A stretch of DNA of 63,799 nt, counting the filler, from Folioceros fuciformis (taxonomy: Eukaryota), in the NCBI GenBank assembly GCA_049999805.1. It is 10 parts of 10 records of this genome, joined end to end, with 100 filler letters (N's around TTAATTAATTAA, not from the genome) between each part and the next. Parts side by side here need not be neighbours in the genome. Positions count along the whole stretch, not along the records: positions 33,573 to 38,737 come from JBNGIO010001349.1; positions 38,838 to 54,362 come from JBNGIO010001350.1; 8 more parts are not named here. The stretch is one strand, 5' to 3'. The position numbers and the translations under genes are program-made. Of the stretch, positions 37,280 through 46,876 are shown in pieces (the stretch's first letter is position 1; each line of letters starts with the position of its first letter). The notes under the pieces are model-generated. The model saw only the letters and a program-made list of their open reading frames with translations. It did not search any database and was not told the DNA's origin.

Positions 37280-38737
37280 CACCAATAGAGAAGTGCCAAA
37301 CCCTTATGTTTGATAGAACGTCTGTGTAGGTACCTACTTATGTCGACTTTCGGCAGGACTTCCACTAGATCGCCAATCCCCGCAATTAGTAGATCTGCTA
37401 GCATTGTGTCTTGGACTTGAGCAAATGTGTTAGATGTAAAATATGTAACCAACTTGCTGGTGGAGAATGACATTTCTACTAAGAATCAGGTGCAATGGCC
37501 ATGTGCATTGGTGTCTCCATACAAATTCTCACAACACCCAGCTGGTAAAAGTTAGTAAAGAGGTTAGAAGACCTACGTCAAGATCGTCACCCTGTATGGT
37601 TTCCCCTAAAACACTCTTGTATCTAACAGTTGATGCTCCAAACGCATTATCATTGTGCTAGGCAGAATCACTCTACTTGTTACAGAGATTTCTCATTGAT
37701 GCCGTGTTGTCTTTGGAGTGTAGAGTCTCCAATCTTGTCCACAGTGGACCTAGCCCCACCTGTCTACTAAAGCATGATAGATGGTCTACTATTACTAAGA
37801 AAGTACATAGCTTCTTCGTGATTGACTGTCTATGTATTTTCTTTTGAACTGGAAAAATAACAAAAGACAAGGCTTCTGCTGCAGTGTTGATGATGCAAAG
37901 ATTCTTAGTCTTAATAAGACTCCTTTCATCTAGATCAACCTGTGTTTTGCTCTTGAATTCATTGCCAGCATTGAGAAAGATCTCGCCCATTATGAAGGGA
38001 TCTCTTTTTATCAGCTGCAAATGAACGGAACTACCTGAAGATATAAGACTGAAGCAATCTTCCTAAAAGTCAGCTTCTTGCTTGTCTTGATCTGTAAAGT
38101 CAAGTTGTTCCTGCTTTGCAACCATGCTGCAGGCTTAACAATTATTATGTCAAAATTGACCAGTGGATCAGCACCCACCAAAAGGGAGCATCCACATAGC
38201 AAGGTCCAGCAAGCTTGTCCCTAAGACGTATCTGCTTGCTTTCCAATTTATTATGTATGTAGCAGGAGATACACAAATTTGGTGTGTCAAAATTGTGATT
38301 TCTGAGAGTCCAGTGCACTTGTATGTGCACTGTAATCTGCTGAAGTGAATCCTTCAAGAATTCAGACTCCAGTAGCACCAACAGATTGCAATCCATATGC
38401 ACAATTTTCCCTTGACTATTTGTACTCACTCTGAGCACGTTTCTTTTCAGATTATTGAATTGACGCAAAGAATCCTTGTATGCTTCTCCAATCTTTTTAG
38501 TTAGCATGCTCAAAGAGCCATACTTGACTGATTGTATTTTGATGAAACCTCTAGGGTTTTCATTGCCATCGAATGTGTGTTTGACCCGAATTTCTTGCAA
38601 GCCTTTAGAGTTTTCAGTAGTGAATGCAACAATTTGATGTTTCTCATTAACGTACGCAAATATTGTAATTGCATTTTTAATTTCCCTAAGATTATCTATT
38701 TGCATTCTTTGTTCCTAAAAACCAGATACCATTACAG
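37280..38737 (-). pseudogene. Decayed AT-rich coding relic of unknown family
   Basis: Successive minus-strand ORF pieces (38145-38705, 37673-38020, then a frame that continues through isolated TAG/TGA stops). Confidence 0.35.
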
Positions 38738-38837
38738 NNNNNNNNNNNNNNNNNNNNNNNNNNNNNNNNNNNNNNNNNNNNTTAATTAATTAANNNNNNN
38801 NNNNNNNNNNNNNNNNNNNNNNNNNNNNNNNNNNNNN
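38738..38837. other. Artificial contig-join linker
   Basis: N44-TTAATTAATTAA-N44. Confidence 0.98.
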
Positions 38838-41800
38838 TACATAGGGCTGCACTACCCGGCCACGGACGTGCCCCAGGCGTCCAGGTTCCTCTTCATGAAG
38901 GAGCGCGTGCGGATGATCGCCGACTGCTTCTCCACCCCGGTGCGGGTGGTGCAGTCCCGGGAGCTGCATCAGCCCATCAGTCTAGCCGGGTCCAGCCTGC
39001 GCTCCCCGCACGCCTGCCACGCCCAGTACATGGCCAACATGGGGTCCGTGGCGTCGCTGGCCCTGGCGGTGGTGACTCACGACGTGGACGAGGAGCTGAG
39101 CGGCAGCCGAAGGTTGTGGGGGCTGGTGGTGTGCCACCACAGCACTCCGCGCACCCTCCCCTTCCCGCTCCGCAAGGCCTGCGAGGCCCTGGCGCAGGCC
39201 TTCGCGGCGCAGCTGAACCGCGAGATGGAGTACGCAGAGCAGATGCGGCAGGAGCGGATACAAAGGAACGAGGGTCTGCTCTGCGACATGCTGCTGCGGG
39301 AGCTCCCGGTGGGAGTGGTGGTGCAGGCGCCGACGGTGATGGATCTGGTGGATTGCTCCGGTGCCGCGCTGTACTACGAGAAGCGGATTTGGATGCTCGG
39401 GATCACGCCGACCGAGGCGCAGATCCGGGATATAGCCGCATGGCTGCTGCGGCAGGACAAGGATGTAGTGGATTTCGCATCCGACTCTCTCACGGAGTCT
39501 GGCTATCCCGGGGCAGCCGCACTCGGGGACGCCGTGGCCGGGATGGCCGCCGCCAGGATCTCCCCGGCCGGCTCCTTCGTCTTCTGGTTCCGGTTGCAGG
39601 AGATCCGGAAGCGGAGCTGGGCCGGGGCGCAGCAGAGCGCGGAGGAAGGCGACGATGGGAACAGGCCGCACCCGCGCTCTTCCTTCCTGGCGTTCGCGGA
39701 GTACATCAAGGGGCGGAGTTCGCAGTGGGAGGAAGTGGACCGGGACGCCATCCATTCCTTGCAGCTCATCTTGCAGCGGGAGGAGGAGGCCAATCAAGAA
39801 GGCAGTGGGAGCTCAGGCGTGAAGTCGAGTTCGTCCATGTTGATGACGGGGCGCGGAATGTCAATGCCCCTGCCCCTTCCTGGCGGTGGCGGGCCCGGGG
39901 GTAATGGCCCGTCGATGTCCTTGCCCTGCACTTTGGCGCGTGAGTGGATGGAGGCGATGAGGAGCTCGGAGGGGAGCGATGGCGTGAGCGGGATGAGCCG
40001 GGATGTGAAAAGCGCGCTAGGGTCGTTCCCGCACGCGTTCCTGGTGTGCGACGCCAGGAAGCCGGATAACCCCATCATCTTCGCCAGCGCGGGGTTCTTC
40101 GCGATGACGGGGTACGGGACGAAGGAGGTGCTGGGAGCCAACCCTCGCTTCCTGCAGGGCCCGGATACGGACCCGGGGCAGGTGGACGAGATTCGGGCAG
40201 CGTTGGAGGATGGCAGAAGCTTCTGCGGCAGGATTCTCAACTACAAGAAGGACGGGTCCACCTTCTGGAACCTGCTCACCATCACGTTGGTGCAGGACGA
40301 CGCCGGGACGACGACGCATTACGTGGGGATGCAGGCCGAGGTGAGCAAGCACACGGAGGGGGCGATGGCGGACGCGGTGCGGCCCAGGGGCCTCCCGCAG
40401 TCACTCATCCGGTACGATGCGCGGCAGGAGGAGAAGGCCAAGGGGCTGGTGGGGGATCTGGTGGCGGCCGTGGCACGGCCCAGGCAGGTGTTGGATCAGC
40501 CGTGCCCGCTGCTGGACCCCGAATTCGTGTCCATGTCGACTCTGTCGCTGGCGCCATCGCCGAGGATCAAGTCGCTGGTGCCAGGGTTGATGGGGAGCGG
40601 GAACGACAACAGCAGTGGGGTGGCGAGCGGTTCCGTTACCTCCGAGCAGGAAAGGAAGCCGCTGCTGCTGGAGAATGTGGCGGCGGCGGTGGCGGCCGCT
40701 GCGCAGGCTCACGAGGCCGTCTACCCTGAGCTGGAGGTGGTGATGGTGGAGGACGATGGGAGGGTTGAGCGCGCCAGGTTGCCGGAGCGGACGCGGCGGG
40801 GAGTGGATCTGGCCACCACGCTGGAGCGCATCGACGACAGTTTCGTCATCACAGACCCCCGGCTGGATGACAACCCCATCATCTTCGCCTCCGACCGCTT
40901 CTTGGATTTGACGGAGTACAGCCGGGAGGAGGTCCTGGGCCGGAACTGCCGGTTTTTGCAAGGCCCGGCCACGGACTCAGGAAGCGTGAAGAAGATCCGG
41001 GACGCGGTGCGAGACGGGCGGGAACTGTCCCTGGAAATTGTGAACTACACCAAGGGCGGGCGGGCGTTCTGGAACCTGTTCCACCTACAGACCATGCGCG
41101 ACCCGGACAGCGGGGCGATACAGTACTTCATCGGCGTGCAGCAGAAGTTGGCGGACTATGTTCCCGGCCAGAACAAGGATTTGTCTGCCCCCTTGGCGAA
41201 AAAGAAGATTTCCACCCCGAAGGCCGTCGACTCACAGCAGCAGGGGCAAGTCCAAGGGGGAGTAGGAGTAGGAGGAGGAGGAGGAGGAGGAGGAGGAGCA
41301 GGAGCAGCACATTTGCTGGTGACAAGCAATAAGACTACGGCCAAGACTGTGGACAAGGCGACGCGGCAGCTGCCGGACGCGGACCAGACCCCGGACGCGC
41401 TGTGGGTGGCGCACTCGGGGCCCGTGACTGCGCGGCCGCACAAGCTTAACAGCGCGCAGTGGCACGCCATCGCGAGGGTACAGCGGCGGGGGCGTGGGCA
41501 GGGACTGGGGCTAGAGGACTTCCGGCCGCTCAGGCCGCTGGGCTCCGGGGACACGGGGTCCGTGTACCTAGTAGAGCTGCGGGGAACGGGTCATGTGTTC
41601 GCCATGAAGGCCATGGACAAGGACGCCATGGTGCGGCGCAACAAGGTGCACCGGGCGCGCGCGGAGCGCAGCATCCTGGCTATGGTGGACCACCCCTTCC
41701 TGCCCACGCTCTACGCCAGCTTCCAGACGCGCACACACGTGTGCCTCATCACGGACTTCTGCCCGGGCGGGGAGCTGTTTCTGCTCCAGGAGGAGCAGCC

Positions 41801-42620
41801 GCGCAAGATTTTCAGCGAAGACGCGGCCCGATTCTACGCTGCTGAGGTGGTGATCGCCCTGGAGTATCTGCACTATATGGGCGTCATCTACAGGGACCTC
41901 AAGCCAGAGAACGTGCTGCTCCAAGAGAATGGCCACATTCTGCTCACCGACTTCGACCTCTCCTTCCTCACCTCCTCGCGGCCGCAGCTCCTACGGAGCC
42001 AGAGCCATGTCGGCCCGATGCGGCGACGCAGGCGCCGGCGCGAGCTGCAGCCGCCTGTCTTCTGCGCGCAGCCCAGCGCCGCCTCCAACTCCTTCGTCGG
42101 CACCGAGGAGTACATCGCGCCGGAGGTGATCAACGGGGACGGCCACACCAGCGCCGTCGACTGGTGGGCGCTCGGCATCCTGCTCTACGAGATGCTCTAT
42201 GGCCGCACTCCCTTCCGCGGCCGGAACCGTCACCTCACCTTCGTCAACGTGCTGCAGCAGGAGCTCACCTTTCCTGCCAGCATTCCCGTCTCGCTACCGG
42301 CGCGTCAGCTCATCCGCGGGCTGCTGCACCGGGACCCTGCGCGTCGCCTGGGGACCTTCCGCGGCGCCAACGACATCAAGCAGCACCCCTTCTTTCAGGG
42401 CTTCAACTGGCCTCTCATCCGGTGCAGAAATCCGCCGTCTCTCCAGGTCCCCGTCACCTCCAATCAGGACGCCCATTCCCATTCCCATTCCCCTGCCCCT
42501 GCACATCACGAAGATGTCGACGCCGACGACACGTTCGTCCTGGGTTGGGACAAGATTGCCCAAGGATCCCAGACCCCGCCGCCTGCTAGTTCTGCCCAGA
42601 CCTTCAGTGATGTCTTTTGA
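38838..42620 (+). CDS. NEO: Neochrome (phytochrome GAF-PHY fused to phototropin LOV1-LOV2-AGC kinase), intronless, 5'-partial
   Basis: [19 protein letters not shown], bilin Cys in PHACHAQY (39015), [17 protein letters not shown]1 [11 protein letters not shown]2 [27 protein letters not shown] and [14 protein letters not shown], all in one frame. Confidence 0.96.
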   Translation, partial: YIGLHYPATDVPQASRFLFMKERVRMIADCFSTPVRVVQSRELHQPISLAGSSLRSPHACHAQYMANMGSVASLALAVVTHDVDEELSGSRRLWGLVVCHHSTPRTLPFPLRKACEALAQAFAAQLNREMEYAEQMRQERIQRNEGLLCDMLLRELPVGVVVQAPTVMDLVDCSGAALYYEKRIWMLGITPTEAQIRDIAAWLLRQDKDVVDFASDSLTESGYPGAAALGDAVAGMAAARISPAGSFVFWFRLQEIRKRSWAGAQQSAEEGDDGNRPHPRSSFLAFAEYIKGRSSQWEEVDRDAIHSLQLILQREEEANQEGSGSSGVKSSSSMLMTGRGMSMPLPLPGGGGPGGNGPSMSLPCTLAREWMEAMRSSEGSDGVSGMSRDVKSALGSFPHAFLVCDARKPDNPIIFASAGFFAMTGYGTKEVLGANPRFLQGPDTDPGQVDEIRAALEDGRSFCGRILNYKKDGSTFWNLLTITLVQDDAGTTTHYVGMQAEVSKHTEGAMADAVRPRGLPQSLIRYDARQEEKAKGLVGDLVAAVARPRQVLDQPCPLLDPEFVSMSTLSLAPSPRIKSLVPGLMGSGNDNSSGVASGSVTSEQERKPLLLENVAAAVAAAAQAHEAVYPELEVVMVEDDGRVERARLPERTRRGVDLATTLERIDDSFVITDPRLDDNPIIFASDRFLDLTEYSREEVLGRNCRFLQGPATDSGSVKKIRDAVRDGRELSLEIVNYTKGGRAFWNLFHLQTMRDPDSGAIQYFIGVQQKLADYVPGQNKDLSAPLAKKKISTPKAVDSQQQGQVQGGVGVGGGGGGGGGAGAAHLLVTSNKTTAKTVDKATRQLPDADQTPDALWVAHSGPVTARPHKLNSAQWHAIARVQRRGRGQGLGLEDFRPLRPLGSGDTGSVYLVELRGTGHVFAMKAMDKDAMVRRNKVHRARAERSILAMVDHPFLPTLYASFQTRTHVCLITDFCPGGELFLLQEEQPRKIFSEDAARFYAAEVVIALEYLHYMGVIYRDLKPENVLLQENGHILLTDFDLSFLTSSRPQLLRSQSHVGPMRRRRRRRELQPPVFCAQPSAASNSFVGTEEYIAPEVINGDGHTSAVDWWALGILLYEMLYGRTPFRGRNRHLTFVNVLQQELTFPASIPVSLPARQLIRGLLHRDPARRLGTFRGANDIKQHPFFQGFNWPLIRCRNPPSLQVPVTSNQDAHSHSHSPAPAHHEDVDADDTFVLGWDKIAQGSQTPPPASSAQTFSDVF

Positions 42621-43125
42621 GATTCCGTCCACCTTTGTCTTATCGTCACGCTCGGTAGAACACACCCGGCAACACCGGGTCTTCAACTGAAGCCCATCAT
42701 TTGTCAACTGCACAGACAAAAATCGTCTGGGAATGCGTACCGTTTGGAATGTAAAGCTTCCATGAATTGTATCCTGGCCTCACTGGGATGCGCAACTGTA
42801 GCAAACGGAACAGAGGCACGTAGTGCGTGGCGCGCATGCAGCCAGCCCATGCCGAGGGAATACAGTAGTCGGAAAAACTGTGATAGATCAACAAAGCTAC
42901 TGTACGCTGGTTGTTAACATTGCTCTCGATATGTGTACCAACAGCATCGTCCAAGGGAGTGACGCACTACTAGAGATCACCAAATCAGGAGCGTACAAGA
43001 ATAACGTCCGCCCCAATGCGACGCCTTCGGCGGCGGTGGTCGAAATAACGAAAATGCTCGTCACTCCCGCGAACATCCCAGTAGCCGCGTCTCTCGTGGT
43101 GAAAGAGACATGTATGTATGGCACC

Positions 43126-46100
43126 TCACTCATCCCTGAGCTCCACAACATCGCCAGGCGAGAACACAGCCTCCAGAGCCTTGGCTGCACTTGTCACCCT
43201 TGTAGCGCTCTGCAAAACCACATACCAGCATGGGATCAATCAAAGACTGGGGAGCGGTTGGAAACAGCTCTTGACCCATGAAGGGAGAAAAAGCACGTTA
43301 TGCACCTTGCCGATAATACTCAACACAAGCCTTCCCACGTTCCAATTGCCCTTCACTGCTTCCGAGCGAGCCGATTCCCTGTAGCAGCCTGCACACCGGT
43401 TCCCAACATGAGATTAAATGCTTGCTCAAGCACACAGGCTTGCTCATACGCTGCTGTACTCCAGCGCAGCATAGCAGTCACCGACCTATTGTGAGGTCTG
43501 GATACTCTGAGTCCAGTTGGGATAATGGTCCTGCAATCTCAACCTGCTCCAACGCGAAAGTGCCCATCACACCATGAAGGTCTTAGCGTCCTTCCTTTGC
43601 CTCCCAACGCCTAGAGCGATGGTTATAGGTAGGTCGACCCACACCCCTTGTCCCTGTTCCTTCCTTTCAACGAACAGGGCTTCGGGCACACAGCAGCACA
43701 AACTTTCAAACAAAACCTCACCTCAGGAACCGCAGTGCAGAGCCTAATGGATGCAAATGGACCTTGAATGCGAAACAAATCTCTCTCGCTACTCAGCTCC
43801 AGCAAGCATCTCCACTGGACCTCCACCTCCGCTCTCGTTGCCGCTGGAAGCACATACACATTCCGGCACTTGATCTGCACACCTACAAGTTAGAGAACTG
43901 CTTTGTCAAAGCCTGCTTGGTCAAAGCATGTCAGGCTTACCACTGGAACTGGTAGATCTTTGTGCGGCAGAAGCTCTGTGATGCCCTCTGGTAACTTCGC
44001 CATCTGCAAAGGGAAGATATAATGGATGGGAACTACGAACTACGGATTGTAGGGACTTCACTTGCAGAGGTTGCTTGTTTGAGAGAACTACTGTTAAACA
44101 GTGGTGTTCAAAGCTCGTCAAACAATCAGACCTTATTTTGATCACCAGAGCAATGTTCGCCGATCTGTTGACGAAGGTCCTCTTCGAACTCTTCATCTGT
44201 GGCCTGCTTGTCAAAGCATGTCAGGTCTGGACCATATGCCTGTGCTTGGGCTATGTTTCCCGAAAACAAATTTCAGTTTGCCCCAGAAGACAACTGCCAC
44301 CCAACATACCAGGCGAACGCCAAAGGCCTTCGCAACACCTGCCAAAGTAACATCGCTGTGAAGAGGACCAACGCCGCCTGCAATCAATACCTGCAGCCAA
44401 GTCAAGTTAGAAAACTTATGCAGAACGGCACAAACACACATATGGCGAAGCCGAGATACTTTACAAGGTCGTTTGTGGCTGATCTCTGCTCAACTTCCTC
44501 GGAAATTGCGTCAATCTGCACTTGTAGCCACCGAGTAACTTGCACTGTTCAACATATAGTAGCACTGGAAGCCAGTATGGTGTCTATCACAAGGTCAGAT
44601 ACTCTACAATGCCTGCATGAATGTTAAGTGTCCACCTATATCCAGATAGACGAAAGGAAGGGGTGTTACCGTACATCATTTGGCAGAATGGCTCGACGAG
44701 CAATGGCCCAGCCAATCAAGTGAAGCTCCTGGCTCAGATAAGTGCCCACGAGATCCTCGACTTCCCCTCGTCTGCAGGAGACCCCAGATCAGAAGACTTG
44801 ACACAAATGCCAGTCACGTAATTGTCAGAGCAGAACAGCTTGTCAGGTTACAAATTATGGTATCTCTAGTGCCTTTACTTGTCAGGTTGCACACTATCGT
44901 CTCCCTAGTGCCATGTAAGATGAGTGAATCCCATTGACCCAGACAAAAGACATCGCCAAGCTTACAGTATTTCATCGCCCACGACTAGGATCGATGCAGC
45001 ATACAGAGTGTTGCCTCTGGCAACTGATAAGTCACCATTATCTGTTGCGTCTACTGTTGAGTGACACTTAGAAGAGGGTTTCTTTGTTCTCCCTGCTCTT
45101 TCAAGTCTGCCATCCCGAAGAAGATAAGCAGGCCGATAGATTGCAGATCCAGGTGCATCTCCCATCTCCACCTGCCCATCCAATCTGGAGATGAGCAGAG
45201 CTCCATTTGGTGATGTGTCGTGCACACTACCAATGGATGTGTACCTAGAAAAAGAACAGACTACAGTGAGCAAAGTTAGTCACAAAGTACTACTTCCTGT
45301 TCAGCAGTTTAGTAATACCTGCAACAAGCATCAACAGATGGCAAACTTCCAGTCTCACCCTTGGTCATACAGCTTGCAGTATGGGACCTTGCAGGCCAGC
45401 AGAAACGCCCATACGTCCCTGAGTAGTCCATAAACCACGTACAATCAGCTTGGGTGAGACAAATGTGGGATATGCCTGGTTTTAGTTCCATTTATCATCA
45501 TACTAGTAGCCGATTCCACACACCAAACCACTGACCTGTAAGACCAATCGAGAATGGGGTTGACTCGCATGAAAGGCGGCCAGCCTGCAGAGCTAGGTGA
45601 GAACTTTTCTTGCCCTACCTGAATAACAGAAGGCAACATGTCAAAAAATCACCTCAGGCACTAGGTGACGTGAACAATGTGTGGCCTAGCAGAAAGTACT
45701 AGAATCGAAAAGGAAAGTCAGAACCGGACATGAATGTGACGGAACATACCGCATTGGGATCCCCAATCCGAGTACCAAGAAAAATGGCCATAATTGGCCT
45801 GTCCCGGCGTAATTCTTCAATCCCAGACTTAAAATCAAGACTAATCTCTTTAAGCTCTAGGTTATACCTGTCACATGCCAGCACGTACTCAATCAGCCAC
45901 ACGGCAGCTCTAACCCCTCCCAGAATCGTAGTCTGAACAATGGAACTCACCTTTTGGCAGTTTCTAACGTGAAAGCATCAATTTCCGGAAATGCATTCGG
46001 ACTTCTGAAATAAATTGTCGTGATAGAATGCGGGGTAGCTGAGGAAGGGCTCTTAGGATCGGCAGATTCCGAACACGATCTCGAAGCACCTGCCGCGAAA

Positions 46101-46594
46101 CCCGCTCGCAGGAGGTGCAGGAGAACCTGTACCAAGGACAGGCATTGTAATCCGCAACCAGTAACTCTTTCGTCAAACTCGAAACGACGATGGCCCCTCA
46201 TTCATATCCCAATTCTTATCCTGGGAACTCACAGTGGAATCTTTGCCACCGTTGAAACTGAAAGCCACCTCTTCAAACCTGTAGGAAGCAGGCGTTAAGC
46301 TCCTAGAATGGACAGGCTCGAAGCAATGACAGCCTCAGAATCCACGCAGGACGCCGGACAGTGAGATGCTTGACGTATCACTTCCTGAAGAAAATCGAAT
46401 AGACAAGATCCAAGCACCCGAGACCATGCACGAAGCCAGGGTAGCAAGAACACAAACAAGGACGCAACATCGATGCAATGTGAAAACACTCGCCTGTAAA
46501 GTGCAAGCGTCCGATCCACCACATTGAGCGAATGCTTGAACTTGGCCTGCAACCTCCTGTCCCCGCTTTCCGCCACCGCAGACATGATCTCCAT
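43126..46594 (-). CDS. FAD synthase (PAPS-reductase-type FMN adenylyltransferase plus C-terminal molybdopterin-binding/CinA-like domain), multi-exon
   Basis: [80 protein letters not shown]. Confidence 0.93.
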
Positions 46595-46876
46595 GGCTGC
46601 TTGTGACTGAAGCTAGCGCGCTTCACAGTCGCTCGACACTCCAGCAAATTAGCGACTATCCACCGGACTCCATTCCGCGCTTGTGGTACTAACTTCACGC
46701 AACATCCAGACTCCGGTTTCTAAAAAAGGAGGACATGGCATGAATCACGTATCAGGATTTTCGGTTTAGTAAAAGTAGTATTATCGATTTGGCTAGCCGT
46801 GTCAACCACCAGCATGCATCACAGTGGCGCTTGCCAGACACAAGCCTCCTTTGTTTCCTTCGTTTGAGTAACGTTT

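Noticed and set aside
34021-38837. Copia element upstream of neochrome as the vehicle for its retroposition or transfer
   Set aside because: It lies on a different contig across an artificial linker and is far too recent to explain an ancient fusion
40143-40145. RNA editing restoring the LOV1 Cys
   Set aside because: This is a nuclear gene, and C-to-U changes of CCU cannot yield UGY
38982-42719. Many long overlapping/antisense ORFs in neochrome
   Set aside because: Expected by-product of high GC and codon bias; no recognisable domains
42620-43126. FAD synthase convergent with the flavin-binding neochrome as a functional cluster
   Set aside because: LOV domains use FMN, the neighbours are unrelated housekeeping genes, and nothing beyond adjacency supports a link
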